A DNA stretch of 63,597 nt, filler included, from Octopus bimaculoides (GCF_001194135.2; 6 parts of 5 records of this genome joined end to end with filler, not necessarily neighbours in it), one strand, 5' to 3'. Counted from the whole stretch's first letter, positions 42,077 through 56,019 are shown. The notes: generated from the sequence alone by a model not told the origin. Numbers and translations are program-made.

Positions 42077-42445
42077 CGTGGCACTCCGTCGCTTACGACG
42101 TCGAGGGTTCCAGTTGATCCGATCAGCGGAACAGCCTGCTCGTGAAATTAACGTGCAAGTGGCTGAGCACTCCACAGATACATGTACCCTTAACGAAATT
42201 CTCGGGGAGATTCAGCGTGTCACAGAGTGTAACAAAGCTGGCCCCTTTGAAATACAGGTACAACAGAAACAGGAAGAAAGATTGAAAGGAAGTTGTGGTG
42301 AAAGATTACAGCAGGGTTCGCCACTATCTTCTGCCGGAGCCTCGTGAAGCTTTAGGTGTTTTCGCTCAATAAACACTCACAACGCCCGGTCTGGGAATCG
42401 AAACCGCGAGTTCGCTGCCCTAAAAACTGGGCCATTGCGTCTCCA
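42077..42445 (-). mobile_element. Family C SINE with 13-bp TSD
   Basis: Colinear with 16900-17288. CTTGTCTC(A/G)TTAT flanks both ends. Confidence 0.88.
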
Positions 42446-42989
42446 CTTGTCTCGTTATAGATCCTTACAATATCGCTGTGTGATGTAAAACTGGTAAAGA
42501 TAACATTTTAAGAGAAAACCGCACGAAACCAACTAATCTAAAATGTTAAACGTTTAAATGGACCATTACATCTGTCCTGCTTCTCATTAAACACGTTTAA
42601 GTAGTATTTTCATGTCGAATTACAGACAAATAAAATCAGAGCCAGTTATTAAGAGATAGTAACCGATGTTGATTAGTTTTATTAATATTCCAAGTTACAC
42701 AAACTACAAGTGAGCATATCTTGTAATAATGTTGTCGTATAATCATCCACTAAAATTGTTTTAATCAAGATTCTTGTTGGATTAGCAGGATTTTGATAAT
42801 GAAGCATGTGAGTTGTTCCGGGGAATCTTTGCGTTATCTTGATTCACAGAAACTTGAATACAAAAGGGATGTTCACGAGAGGGAAAGCCGGTAGTGTCAC
42901 AAGTTTGGCATTCCATAGACACGCAAATATGTATTTATGTGTGTACATGCATATGTGTATGTGTGTATGCATGCATGTATATATATGTC

Positions 42990-43026
<37 letters not shown>

Positions 43027-43089
43027 ATGTGTGTGTGTATGTGTGTGTGTGTGTATGTATGTACACACACATATATATATAAGCATCAG

Positions 43090-43795
43090 TTGTGGCGTGC
43101 AAGAGAGACGATTGCGCTGGTATGGACATGTGGTGAGAATGGAGGAGGATAGCTGCGTGAAAAAGTGCCACACCCTAACAGTTGAGGGAACCCGTGGAAG
43201 AGGTAGGCCCAGGAAGACCTGGGCTGAGGTGGTGAGGCAAGACCTTCGTACATTGGGCCTCACCGAGGCGATGACTACGGACCGAGNNNNNNNNNNNNNN
43301 NNNNNNNNNNNNNNNNNNNNNNNNNNNNNNNNNNNNNNNNNNNNNNNNNNNNNNNNNNNNNNNNNNNNNNNNNNNNNNNNNNNNNNNNNNNNNNNNNNNN
43401 NNNNNNNNNNNNNNNNNNNNNNNNNNNNNNNNNNNNNNNNNNNNNNNNNNNNNNNNNNNNNNNNNNNNNNNNNNNNNNNNNNNNAGTACCGCCTGACTGG
43501 CTCCTGTAGGATTTTCGAGCGAGATCGTTGCCAGTGCCCCTGGACTGGCTTGTGCGGGTGGCACATAAAAGACACCATTTCGAGCGTGGCCGTTTTCGTG
43601 CGGGTGACACGTAAAAGCACCCACTACACTCTCTGAGTGGTTGGCGTTAGGAAGGGCATCCAGCTGTAGAAACTCTGCCAAATCAGACTGGAGCCTGGTG
43701 TTGCCATCCGGTTTCACCAGTCCTCAGTCAAATCGTCCAACCCATGCTAGCATGGAAAGCGGACGTTAAACGATGATGATGATGATGATGATGAT
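43090..43795 (+). mobile_element. RTE-clade LINE 3' end with (GAT)n tail
   Basis: Translates as VQERRLRWYGHVVRMEEDSCVKKCHTLTVEGTRGRGRPRKTWAEVVRQDL. After the gap comes a 3'UTR ending GCATGGAAAGCGGACGTTAAACGATGATGAT. Confidence 0.85.
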
Positions 43796-43899
43796 ATATA
43801 GGTTGAAAATATATGTAAAAAATATGAAAAGTGGAAGAGAAATGCATTCGTTTCATATAGTTTAATATCTTTTTATAAATATATACATATTATATGGAT

Positions 43900-44915
43900 G
43901 TCATGAAATCCAACCGGTTTTCGCTATTTAAATAAGTTTTTCAAGGGACATTGTACAGTAATCCGTTCTCGTGAGAGAGGAGTTTCGTCATTTTGGATGT
44001 TTGAAGAATAATAAGAATGAGTTTAGAGAGTGAACCAAGGGAAGCAACAGGTAGTAAGGGGACAACTGGCTCCTTAGTAGAATTTTTTTAAATGGTCAAA
44101 GTTGTATATTGAGGTGTGGTCTGTACTTTTGTATGAACAGGTTTTCCTTGTTTAGGCGTTCTTGTACTGAGATCGAATCTTTGCATTGGTATAATGGGAA
44201 GATATGAAAATTCGGCGTTTTTTCGCTTGCGCATCTGTCGATGTGTCCGCTCAGCGCTATCTGCCTGTATTGAGGGAAACGAATCTGTTCTTTATGTAGC
44301 GTGGCTCTGCGTCTCAAAGTGAGGCTCGTTTGGCCCACATAATTGTGACTACAACCTGAGCAGGGTAGGACACACATATGGTTCTGGGAAGCACATGTGA
44401 AGTTGGTCTTAATTGAGAATTTTTGTCCTTGCTGGAATGTGAGTTCCGAGCCTTCAGTTAGGTATGGGCATGCACCACAATTGGGTCGTCTGCATTTTTT
44501 ACTGCTGGTATCGTTTATATGGAGTATGGTTTTGCATTTGTTAGGAGTCTCTTGAATGATTTGTCTTGTCTTTTGCATTTTAGTAGTTTGTGCGAATTTA
44601 GGATGCTGTTCAATTTTGGGTCTTGAGTGAGCAGAGGGAGAGTTTGTATAATTGTGTTGTATGCTTCATTGTTTCTGGGGTTGTGGGTTGATATGTATGG
44701 GAGTGATTTAAAGTGAGGTGTGGTGTTTTGTTTTGTTGCCCTTAGTGTGTTTGTGTCCAATTTCTTGGCACGTTTAATTCCATGTTCTATAAGTGTAGGT
44801 GGGTATTGGCGTTCAATGAGTGTTATTTTGAGTTCTTGCAAGCGAAGTTCCCAAGTAGCTGTGTCAGATACAATTGTACAGATCCCTTTTGCTAGATTGA
44901 ATGGACACCTCCTCC
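43900..44915 (-). mobile_element. Penelope-like element fragment (RT thumb plus GIY-YIG endonuclease)
   Basis: Translates as PFNLAKGICTIVSD..RLQELK..RQYPP..LPYISTHNP. After a frameshift it reads CGACPYL..FTCAS..C..C..NYVGQT..LRRR..LH..ERLNKENLFIQKY.PHLN, the PLE-type GIY-YIG with Cys/His linker. Confidence 0.88.
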
Positions 44916-45473
44916 AGCTGGCACAAATATGTGAATGACGAAAGAATACCCAAAAGCCTCATGTACTGCCAGCTCGATAGTGGGCACAGGAATATTGGTC
45001 GACCATAACTCAGATATAAGGACAAGCTGAAGAGTAACTCTCTCAGCAGTCAATATGGCTCCCAACACCTTTGAGCGAACAAAATGGAGACCATCGCGTT
45101 AAAATGGTATAAGAGATTTTGTTCCAACCAGCATTAACAGGCTAAGGGATGCAAGGTAAGGGAGAAAAGGGGCTACAAATATGCCGCCTGTACTGACCCG
45201 TGATCCTCATACCTGCAACATCTGCGAGCTTCTTTGCAAATCGTTGGCGGGACTCAAATGTCACATTCGACATAAGCATTGTGACTGACGAAGAAAAGTG
45301 TAAGTTGTCAGATCCTAAAACGTCGAAACCGACGGGAGAAGCCATCACGCGCGCGCGCAAAGACTTCTCTTTAACACAGAGTATAAATAAACCAAAACAC
45401 CAGACCCTACGCTATTCCTTTTACTCGCTCTATATAATTTCATCGTGCTCATTTTTTAATAGTTAGTGACTTG

Positions 45474-45510
<37 letters not shown>

Positions 45511-48500
45511 TTGTCTGTCTGTCTGTCTGTCTGTCTATATATATATAGAGAGAGAGAGTAAGAGAGAGCGCGAGAGAGAGAGAGCGAGAGAGAGAGATAG
45601 AGAGNNNNNNNNNNNNNNNNNNNNNNNNNNAGAGAGAGAGAGAGAGAGAGAATGTGTGTGTGTGCGTGTGCGTGTGCGTGTGTGCGTGCGTGCGTACGTG
45701 GGTTCATATGCGTCTTTTTTTTTTTAATCTAAAGGTAGAAAATCTTTTTCGGAACCCCATTCCTGGGGCTTTTTAAATTACATTCTATTTTAAAATACAT
45801 TTTATTTATCGAATATGTCTCGTTTTCAACCAGAGACAGTTGTGTTGCGACATTTCACGTTTCCGTTCGGCTTTGACGTGTTAGATATATCGTCCTGACT
45901 TGACTTTCCAGGGCAGACGATCAAAATCGGTGAAAAGGGGAGATGGGTAGTGTGAGCAAAACTGTTTTAGATTCTGTAATTTTTGCATGAAACACGTGAC
46001 TTCTGTTACGTTGTGCAATGACACTTTATCAGCTATCAACTGGTTCAGTAACAAACATAATAAGCACTTATGTAAATTTAAGCAGTTTGGTGTAATAGAA
46101 TTCTATTCGTCTAAATCCCTCCATGAAAATGTCTTGGAGTATAGTTCGTGATTCGGACATTAATTTTATTCTCCATGCAAGGAAATTTTTGTTATTTTAC
46201 GATAAAGCTTTTGGGAATTAAACGTGACGAGAAGGAACCGTTTGATGTAGCCATGGGGCTGATGCTTGTGAATCAGTAGCGTTGCACACATTAGCAGTAA
46301 AGAATATTTTAAATTCGTCGAGTTCAAAATCCGCCGTGGTCAACTTTGCCTTTCATCCTTTTGGGGTTGATAAAACAAGGACCAGTTGAGCACTGGGGTC
46401 GATGAAGTCGACTTACCCGCTTCCCAGAAATTACTGGCCTTGTACCAAAATTTGAAATCAATATTTTAAACTCGTCATATAACTGGGCCTAATTATTACA
46501 TTTCTCGTAAATAAGACTGCTTAAACGAATCAAGTAAGAAACTCTCTCCGCTGAGAAATATCCTAGATCTTACGAAAGACGACTAATATCCTGTGAGGTT
46601 AAGCAGCCGACCAAAAATACAGTTAGTTTTAGTTATTTACTGTTACCATTTAAGGTGATTGGAAATGCATGATTAAGCAATTCCAGTAATCACCTTAATG
46701 CGATGAGGTGACAGAACTATTAGCATATAGGACAAAATGCTTAGCGGCTCCTAACATTCTGAGTTTAAATCCTACCGACGTGATCTTTGCCTTTCAATAT
46801 TTCGGTGTCAACAAAATAAAGTCTCCTTCACTCAAATTTCCTGGCGCTGAATCCTGCAATGGATCAGTGTCCCATTCAAAGAAAATATTGTGATCTCGGT
46901 CGCTTATACACCATGGAAACTGGTAACCGGTCTCATGACTCCTAGGGCTCAAGAAAATTCGTAGCAAAATTTTTTTTTAGATTTCAGAGTCCTGGATCAA
47001 CCTTAAACAGCCACCCATTCATAAAAGTAGAATTCGCGGTAAACGGTAATAAAGCATTTAAGTTGGGCCTCGAAGGATTCACTGCTCCAGCTATTATGCT
47101 AATCCGACGCTGCATTTATGCTGTATTTTCCTTACTTACGCAGTAAAAACAACATAATATAACTCAATGACGTTTATGGCAATAGGAACAGGTGAATGGA
47201 GCTTCTGTATGACTTTATAGCACCATTAATAGAAGCTTAAGAGATTCCAGGAAATAATAATAAAATAGTAATAACATTCAGACGGAATGGAATATATACA
47301 AATATCTCAATGACCGTTCCTGGTCCAGCAATATGGAAGGATGGATCTGAAACCACTGTAGACATTTTTATGGTCAGTTTGAACGTAGGCATGGCGGTGT
47401 AGCTAAAAACTTCGCAGCGTGGTTCCAAGATCGATCTCCCAGTGCGGCACCGAGTTCAAATGTCTTCTATCAGAGTCGCGTTGAGTGACCAGTTGGTAAC
47501 GGAAACTGTGTTGAAGCTGTTTTTTTTTTGTTTTTTTTTTTGCATTGGAGGATCTGTGTGTCAGTCACGAGCATAAGTGGAGAATTACATGGCTGCAGTC
47601 AAATGACTGAAACAAATAAAAGAATATCAGAATATATAAACACCAAATTAACCTACGAGCGTGGAATTTAGGACAAACTTACAGAAGTATTTGCAGAAGC
47701 TACGGCTTGAACGTGTGGCGACATAACTCCATTGTATTTTTATGTTGTTATCGTTTTTGATTAAAAGTTTTGCATTGTATTCCGAGACAACTTCCGTCAA
47801 CTGAAATCGTTCAGACATGTTGCTTGAATGGCTAATTCCTACTTCACTCCGCGGGACAACACAAGAATCTTCCTACAAATACCACTTAAGCACGTATTAT
47901 TGAACACCAAACTGCAATTACTATTCGCAAATATCAATCATAATGCTACGTTAGATTAACAATATTATAAATTAACTAAGGCGGCGATCTGGCAGAAACG
48001 TTAGCAGGCCGGGCGAAATGCTTAGCGGTGTTTCGTCTGTCTTTACGTTCTGAGTTCAGATTCCGCTGAGGTCGACTTTGCTTTTCATCCTTTCGGGGTC
48101 GATAGATTAAGTACTAGTTGCGTACTGGGTTGATCTAATCGACTAGCCCCCTCCCCCCAAAATTTCGAGCCTTGTGTCTACAGTAGGAAAGAAAATGGCG
48201 GCAAGCTGGCAGAATCGTTACCTCGTTGGGTGAAATGTTTAGCGGCATTTCGTCCGAGGTCGACTTTGCTTTTCATCCTTTCGGGAACGACAAAGTAAGT
48301 ACCAGTTGAGTACAGGGATTGATGTAATCGACTTACCCTATCCTCGGAATTGTTGGCTCCGTGCCAAAATTTGAAACCTATATTATTCATTCTCCTATCA
48401 GAAACGCTATTTCTTGCGATAATCTTCAGATAGAAGAGATAATCGCCAGTGTAAGCAGTATTCTTGCTAAGATTTGAATTCAGAACACTTCGTTCACTGA

Positions 48501-51500
48501 CAGTAACATCCGCCTACTTAAGGTTTTAAATTTAAGGCCTAGTGATCAGAGTGATGAAGTCACAATCGTAAGATCGAAGTTCCTATTCCTGGATCGGGTG
48601 GCGCATTGCGTTCTTGAGCAAAACACTTCATTTCACGTAGCCCCGGTTCACTTAGCTGTAAATGAGTTCCACTAATAACAAGGAAATTAACTTTGCGACA
48701 AGCAGGCGTTCCGTCCAGGAGAGAGTGTTGTAATTACACTCATTTAAACAACTTGGACGCAGAGTTAAGCTCCGGCCGTATGAGTCGTAGGGACCATGAC
48801 TGGCCCCTATGGACTAAAGGGCATTCTTTACAAGCAATACTTTTATATATATATATCTTTTAAATTGTTATATCATATTTTGACGATATAAAACCACATT
48901 TTATTAACATATTTTTACAGGAAGGAAAGAAAACATTAAAAGTATAAATGATCGAATCATCGAAAAAAAAAAACAATACTACTTCACAAAGGAAACAAAG
49001 AAAAAGAAAAGGGGTGGATAAGCAGCAGAAAATGGGAGGGGAGGGAGTAAGGGGTTATACACTCCAAAACAAACGGCGTGTTTAGCCTCATCTCGTGGAC
49101 ATGATTGCAAAGGTGTTACTGCGTACAATGGTCAGCAATACGCGCTACAGCAACACCCTCGCCTCGCAGGGCTCAAGGCAATGCTCATGACCCTTTACCC
49201 GACCTCCGAGACCGGTGGTAAGAAGGGATGGAGAGGAGAAGATATCCTCAAACCAGAAACCTGTCCTCAATGTTTCCAGCAAAATGGACCACTAAAGTCA
49301 CTCCAAGTTTCGGGTAGTGGCATCAAACCGAGCGACGAGTTAAGTTTACTGCTCAGATAGGTCAAAAAAGGATTTGAACTCAGAAAGCAAAGGGCCGAAA
49401 CAAATACTGCCAGGCATTTCGTCCGACAATCTTACACTTCAATAAATGTAAACAAATCGGTACTTTTTTATCGATCTCAAAAGGATGAAAGGCAAAGTTG
49501 ACGTACGCAGGATTTGAGCTCAGAACGCAGCGAATCGAAACAAATATTGCAAAGCGTAATGTCCCACGCTCTAATGACTTTGTTGAATCGTCGCCTTAAG
49601 ATTGATCAAACTCCATCCTTACAATTTGTAGCTCTGTGTCTCAACTAGAAATGATCAGCTACACATCCAAGAACGGCTCCCGATATTTTACGATATATTG
49701 TGATCGATAGGTCGATCATTTGAAATTATACTTCAAATAGATTTCTGGTTCAAGTGATTATTGACCTAAATTGTAAATTCTAGTCCGATGCTGAGAAAAT
49801 GGACTTGTCACAAACACTCTGTATCGTCTTTGGAAATGTCTGTGCTTCAACTAAACAGCCATTACGATGTCACGTGTTTAACCAACCCACGTGACATTTC
49901 TATAATAATGTACAAATGTACATCAACGATTTAAGCTTTCTGTGTGTAAATATTTTTTTCATTATTTTGTATTTATCTTTCTTATTATTATTATGTATTT
50001 ATCTTAGATTATCACTTCACATCTTAGCTCTTCGCTTCTTTCTTGTATTTCAATTTGATAATGACATACATACATACATATATACATACATACATACATA
50101 CATACATACATACGTATTTGTCTGCGTTAACTACATCCCAAAGCTGGAGCTTGTATCTTTGTTGGAAACCGGCCCCCCCTCCTCAGTAGAAGATTTATAA
50201 TAATTAAAAAATAGAAGACATACATACATACACATTAACATGTATGTATGTATGTTTTTTTGTTTGTTTGTTTGTACGTATGTATTAGGACAAAATGTCT
50301 TGCTTTATTTAGTTACTGTTACCTATGTTCTGAGATCAAATCATCTCAGTGGTGCTGACTGTACCACAATCAAGATTTTTAATTGAAAGTTGTAATGTCA
50401 CTATCGGTCCGAATATGATTGATGCACGTTCGAACCGGTGAACAAGCTTCTCACCGCGTTTTGTCCCGTTTGTTGACAAATTTGTGTATACAGTCCCGTT
50501 TGTTGACAAACGTGTGTATATAGTAATCCTTCGCCAAATCGCGGTTCACTTATCACCGTTTATTATTTAAGCTTACGACGATTCCTTTGTGGTGATGTTT
50601 TGCATTTATAATAAAATAAATATATACCAATTATAAAAATAATTTAAAAAAATATGCAGTACTGTTTCTACTTCGCGGATTTTCACCTATCGCGCGGGGT
50701 TTTAGAACCTAACACCCGCGATAGTCGAGGGATTGCCGTACACCAACATCAGCTCTCAGCGACGGTCTGAGTAGGTGGTAGATTTATAAACAACCCTGTT
50801 TTTTAATCCCTTATCGAAGCCAATATTTTGTTTATCGATAAGGTGGCGATCAGGCAGAAACGTTAGCACGCCGGGTGAAATGCTCAGCGGTGTTTCGTCT
50901 GTCTTTACGTTCTGAGTTCAAACTCGGCCGAGGTCGACTTTGCCTTTCATACTTTCGGGGTCGATAAATTAAATACCAGTAGCGTACTGGAGTTGATCTA
51001 ATCGACTGACCCCTTCCCCCAAATTTTCGGGCCTTGTGCCTAGCGTACAAAAAGATAAATTAAGTACCAGTTGTGTACTGGGATCGATCTAATCGACTGG
51101 CCCCTCCCCAGAACTTTCAGGCCTTGTGTTTAGAGTAAAAAAAGAATAAGGAGGCGAGCTGGCAGTAACATATAATAATTAACATATAATAATTAATCAG
51201 TTACATGCCTATCTTCTGCTTTATTAAAGTGCTAATAAAAGATTCCTTTGACAGACAGAAATTAGGAAAGAAGTAACAAGATATTACTGAGTGCCCCACA
51301 AAATGGGATGTGGAATTTCCACGGCACTGCTAATAATGATAGAAAGGCCGACGGGTGTGTTTGTTAGCTTGTACGTCTTTTAATATCAATCTGATATCTC
51401 ATGGCCTTTGCCATAACAAGCGACAATCAATTCACGTAAAAATAAAACCTCAACTTAGATACGTCGTTTTCAAAAATGCTCCAACAACAAAATGGATCAT

Positions 51501-53089
51501 AGAACGACGATTATTCTCTAAAGACCAGAAAGAAAATGTTCCAAGTAGTATTTACTTCTTGCTTGTTTCGTTGGTATTTTCAAATGTTTGATATTCTTTT
51601 CCGCTGTTGTTGTCGTTGTTGCTGCTGCTGCTGCTGCTGTTGTCTAGCATTGTTGCGTTCAGACATCTCTCCTTCTAATTCCAACACTGTTCACTTTCAA
51701 CTGTCATTCAACGCGGATTACACACGTAACACAAGTCCGAGACGCGTGTCACGTGACTTCTTGCCATACCAAGCTTTTCCTGTCTTCTTCTTGTCTCTGC
51801 TATTGAATTATTAATTACAGGATAACTCAACTTGTCAGATTTCTGTTGAACACAATTTTCCAGGATTTTCTCTGTCTCTAACAGTTAAAGATATTTCGTT
51901 TAGAAGTGCTGCCCAGAATAGATACTTATAATTAACTTGTCTTTTCTTGCTTGTCTCTCCCCCACCTTATCTCTACTTCCACGTTCACATTAAAATTAGA
52001 AGCTTCTTCAGTTGACGGCGGACCGACTCACTGATAAAAGAGTCGTGAGTTTTTACTATATCACTACCAGTCTTTTATTTTGGGGACAAAAAGTTCCTCT
52101 GGAAATAACCTGGACAACTATTTGAAAAAAAGGTATTATGGGTAGACAATACTCTCCACAACGGTAAGCACCGGCAGGGCTCGCTTTGCGATTCTTACTT
52201 GACATTTGCCAACAGTTATGGTGTCCCCTGAGGCAAACAAGAGAGTAATCAGTCAATTTGATGTCAGCCAATTTGTCGGTGGTCAACATATCGTTGGTCA
52301 TTTCATCGTCGAGAAAAATGCTATTCTACTCCAATGCAGATTTTAATCGAGACCGTTATGACTTTAGTTGTGGGGAAACAGGAGGAAAGAATCAGTCTCT
52401 TCAGAAGCTGGACAACTCTGATTATATCCATGACAAAGTAATTGCTTTATGTGAGGGACATAGCGAGACATGTCTAGCCGAAGGGCACCAGGTCCTAGGT
52501 GATGACGTACCATTAATATTGACATCACAGAACGTCATGAACTGATTCAAAGCAGGGGCCAAAACAGAACAAATAACGATGTTGAAGTTGTGTGTGTGTG
52601 TGTGTGCTTGTCCCTCTGACATCGCTTGAAAACCGATGCTGGTGTGTTTTCGTTCCTGTAACTTAGCGGTTCTGCAAACGAGAGCCCGATAGAATAAGTA
52701 CTAGGCTTACAAAGAATAAGTCCTGGGTCGATTTGCTCGACTAAAGGCGGTGTTCCAGCTGAGTGAAACAAGTAAAAGAGTAAAAGAATACACACACACA
52801 CACACACATAATATACATATTGAAGTCACAGTATAAGGTTTCAAGTAATCCAGTCGTGCTCATAAAATAAAAGCTCCTTAATGTATCGTTCTCCAAAACA
52901 TAGAGAATATATAAGTACGATACAAGAAAAAACGATAAGGAGTGCATAAATGACCGAGAAATAGTCTGATGAGATTTTATTGAACAAGAAGATTCAATTA
53001 TCACGACAAATTGTTTCGTAACTTAAAACCATTTAAATAATTTGTTTTTTGTTTTTTTTTGCATTAATGCAGACATGTAATTTATTTAT

Positions 53090-53389
53090 TATCAGGTCTC
53101 CCATAAGTTCTGTCCGAATTTTGAATAAAGAAAACAAGTGATCAAATGTTATATTTAATTGAAATTTAATCATCAATGTACTTTCCCTGATTATCTATGA
53201 CTTCCTTCCATCTATTTACAAGTTTTTTTAATCCCATCAATGTAAAACTCTTTCGGTTTCAAAGCGAAGAACTCTGAAATGTCAGTTTCAATCTCCTCAT
53301 GGCTTGTGAAAGTTATGTCCCCCAAATGATTCTGTAAACTATGAAACAAGTGGTAGTCTGAAGGAGCAAGGTCGGGAGAATAAGGTGGA
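53090..53389 (-). mobile_element. Mariner transposase C-terminus plus terminal repeat, cut by scaffold gap
   Basis: Translates as PYSPDLAPSDYHLFHSLQNHL...EFYIDGIKK..NRWKEVIDNQGKYIDD*. A TIR-like TCAGGTCTCCCATAAGTTCTGTCCGA lies near 53092. Confidence 0.85.
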
Positions 53390-53489
53390 NNNNNNNNNNN
53401 NNNNNNNNNNNNNNNNNNNNNNNNNNNNNNNNNTTAATTAATTAANNNNNNNNNNNNNNNNNNNNNNNNNNNNNNNNNNNNNNNNNNNN

Positions 53490-53860
53490 GAAAACGGCCA
53501 CGCTCGAAATGGTGTCTTTTATGTGCCACCCGCACAAGAGCCAGTCCAGGGGCACTGGCAACGATCTCGCTCGAAAACCCTACAAGGCCAGTCAGGCGGT
53601 ACTGGCAATGGTCACACTCAGGATGGTACATCTTATGTGCCACCCGCACAAGAGCCAGTCCAGGGGCACTGGCAACGATCTCACTTGGCTTGCCGGGTCT
53701 TCTCACGCACAGCACATTTCCAAAGGTCTCATTATTCACATAAATTCAGACATAGAAACTATAACTCAACAGACAGCTGGAGTTTGGACAGCTCCATGTT
53801 AAACCATTTAACCCATGCCAGCATGGAAAGTGGACATTACATGATGATGATGATGACATG
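53490..53860 (+). mobile_element. RTE-associated 3'UTR copy with internal ~115-bp duplication and (GAT)n tail
   Basis: Matches 43486-43795. ATGTGCCACCCGCACAAGAGCCAGTCCAGGGGCACTGGCAACGATCTC occurs twice. Confidence 0.7.
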
Positions 53861-54185
53861 CATATACATATAAACAGTCAGAATCAGGCTAATGACTAGA
53901 AAATTGACATTGCTATTAAGGAAATGGATAGACTTATTGTCTGGAGATATGAGTACTCTTGAAGGCAGTTGTGTTTCTAACTCAATAGTCTTCTTCATCA
54001 GCATAACAATTGTCCTACCTCATCACCAAAAGAATTAGATTTATACAAAACAGAGCATTGTTTGCCTCAAAACAATAGTAGAAGTCTTTTCGGATCTCGG
54101 GCGCCACTTGTTTTCTTAACGAAACACTTTCATACTTTCACTGGTAGAATGTGTCATATAAAACATCTTTTACTCTTAGTGTTAT

Positions 54186-54508
54186 TGAGAAAATTTTATC
54201 CTTTTAAAGTTATTCCATGTTAAAATTGTCGTATTTCAGTAATTTCAACCAATCACTGACGTCAATTGAGGTGAAAACAATTACTGCTGTGGAATGTAAA
54301 CAATACGTTATAGCGGTGTAATGGGATCTTTTCCCTTGAATAAAATTAGTGCCGTCGTTTGTCAACAACTATCGGCAGTACTGTTATTTATGTTTACATT
54401 CCACAGCAGTAATTGTTTTCACCCCAATAGACGTCAGTGACTGGTTGAAATTACTGAAATATGACAACTTTTAACATGAAATAACTTTGAATATAAAAAT
54501 TTTTCTCT
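54186..54508. repeat. Foldback with ~120-bp arms and ~80-bp spacer
   Basis: CATGTTAAAATTGTCGTATTTCAGTAATTTCAACCAATCACTGACGTC...GCTGTGGAATGTAAACA is the inverse of 54388-54486. Confidence 0.85.
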
Positions 54509-54557
54509 GTTCTATAAGACAAAATATACAAGTATACGAAGTTTTAAAACAGTACTT

Positions 54558-54790
54558 TTCTGTACTTGCTTACGAGTGACAACTAGCTGTACCTTTCTGT
54601 ACTTGCTTACGAGTGACAACTAGCTGTACTTTTCTGTACTTGCTTACGAGTGACAACTAGCTGTANNNNNNNNNNACTTGCTTACGAGTGACAACTAGCT
54701 GTACCTTTCTGTACTTGCTTACGAGTGACAACTAGCTGTACTTTTCTGTACTTGCTTACGAGTGACAACTAGCTGTACTTTTCTGTACTA
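54558..54790 (+). repeat. 37-bp minisatellite TGTACTTGCTTACGAGTGACAACTAGCTGTAC(C/T)TTTC, array 1
   Basis: Direct tandem copies with a gap inside. Confidence 0.95.
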
Positions 54791-54979
54791 AATAAACATA
54801 AATAAAAAATGGCGCCCACCAAATCAGAAAGATCTATAGTGCTACATTGTGGGACTGAATCTAAGACCACATGGTTGCAAATAAAACTACTGAACCTCAC
54901 ACCTAATAAGGATACTGTATGTGATAAAACAAAATATCATTTAAAATTTGTATCCTACCTAAAATCTCTTGGACATTAG

Positions 54980-55830
54980 TGCAGGTGTGGCTGTGTGGTA
55001 CAAAGCTTGCTTCCCAACTACATGGTTTCAGGTTCAGTCTCACTGCATGGCACCTAGGGCAAGTGTTTTCTGCTATAGCCTTAGACCAACCAAAGTCTTG
55101 TGAATGAATTTGGTGGACAGAAACTGAAGGAAGGCAGCAAGCTGGCAGAAACGTTAGCACGCTGGGCGAAATGCTTAGCGGTATTTCATCTGCCGTTACA
55201 TTCTGAGTTCACATTCCGCCGAGGTCGACTTTGCCTTTCATCCTTTCGGAGTCGATAAATTAAATATCAGTTACGCACTGGGGTTGATTTAATCGACTTA
55301 ATCCCTTTATCTGTCCTTGTTTGTCCCCTCTATGTTTAGCCCCTTGTGGGCAATAAAGAAATAAGAAATGTTAGCACGCTGGGCGAAATGTTTAGCGGTA
55401 TTTCGTCTGTCTGAGTTCCAATTCTGAGTTCCAATTCCACCGAGGTCGACTTCATCTTCTATCCTTTCGGGGTCGATTAAATAAGTACCAGTTATGCACT
55501 GGGTTCGATGTAATCGACTTAATCCCTTTGTCTGTCCTTGTTTGTCCCCTCTATGTTTAGCCCCTTGTGGGCAATAAAGAAATAAGAAACTTAAAGAAGC
55601 CTATTGTATGTATATAAATGTGTGTGTGTGTCTGTGTTTGTCCCCCTGCCATTGCTTAACAACTGATGCTGGTGTGTTTTTTGTCCCAGTAACCTAGCGG
55701 TTTGGCAAAAGAGACCAATAGAATAAGTACTATATTTACAATGAGTCGTGGGGTCAATTTCTTCAGCTAAAACCCTTTTAAGGTGGTGCTTCAGCACGGC
55801 CTCAGTCAGATGACTGAAACAAAAGAATAA
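54980..55830 (+). mobile_element. SINE family B split by two tandem family A SINEs (55135-55590)
   Basis: B 5' half at 54980-55130, two A copies ending GGGCAATAAAGAAATAAGAAA, then the B 3' half at 55620-55830. Confidence 0.8.
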
Positions 55831-55870
55831 ATACATACTTAACCATTTTTTTTGTTTTTTTATCTTCCAG

Positions 55871-56019
55871 GGTGGACTGAAAGCCAACACTTATATTGAG
55901 GCTTTTCAATTAATTACAATGTTTATTGGTCTTCTGGCCATTGTTATCTCTACCTTTTCTTCGAGGAACGTTGCAGAGGTTTTCTACAATGCAACAATTA
56001 ATGATACAGCTGCTTCTAT
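55871..56019 (+). CDS. Internal exon of SLC5 sodium:solute symporter (SLC5A6/A8/A12-like)
   Basis: Bounded by TTCCAG| and |GTAAGT. It encodes GGLKANTYIEAFQLITMFIGLLAIVISTFSSRNVAEVFYNATINDTAAS, which aligns with the family motif GGLKAVIWTDVFQ...M..G. It is 149 nt and ends in phase 2. Confidence 0.88.
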
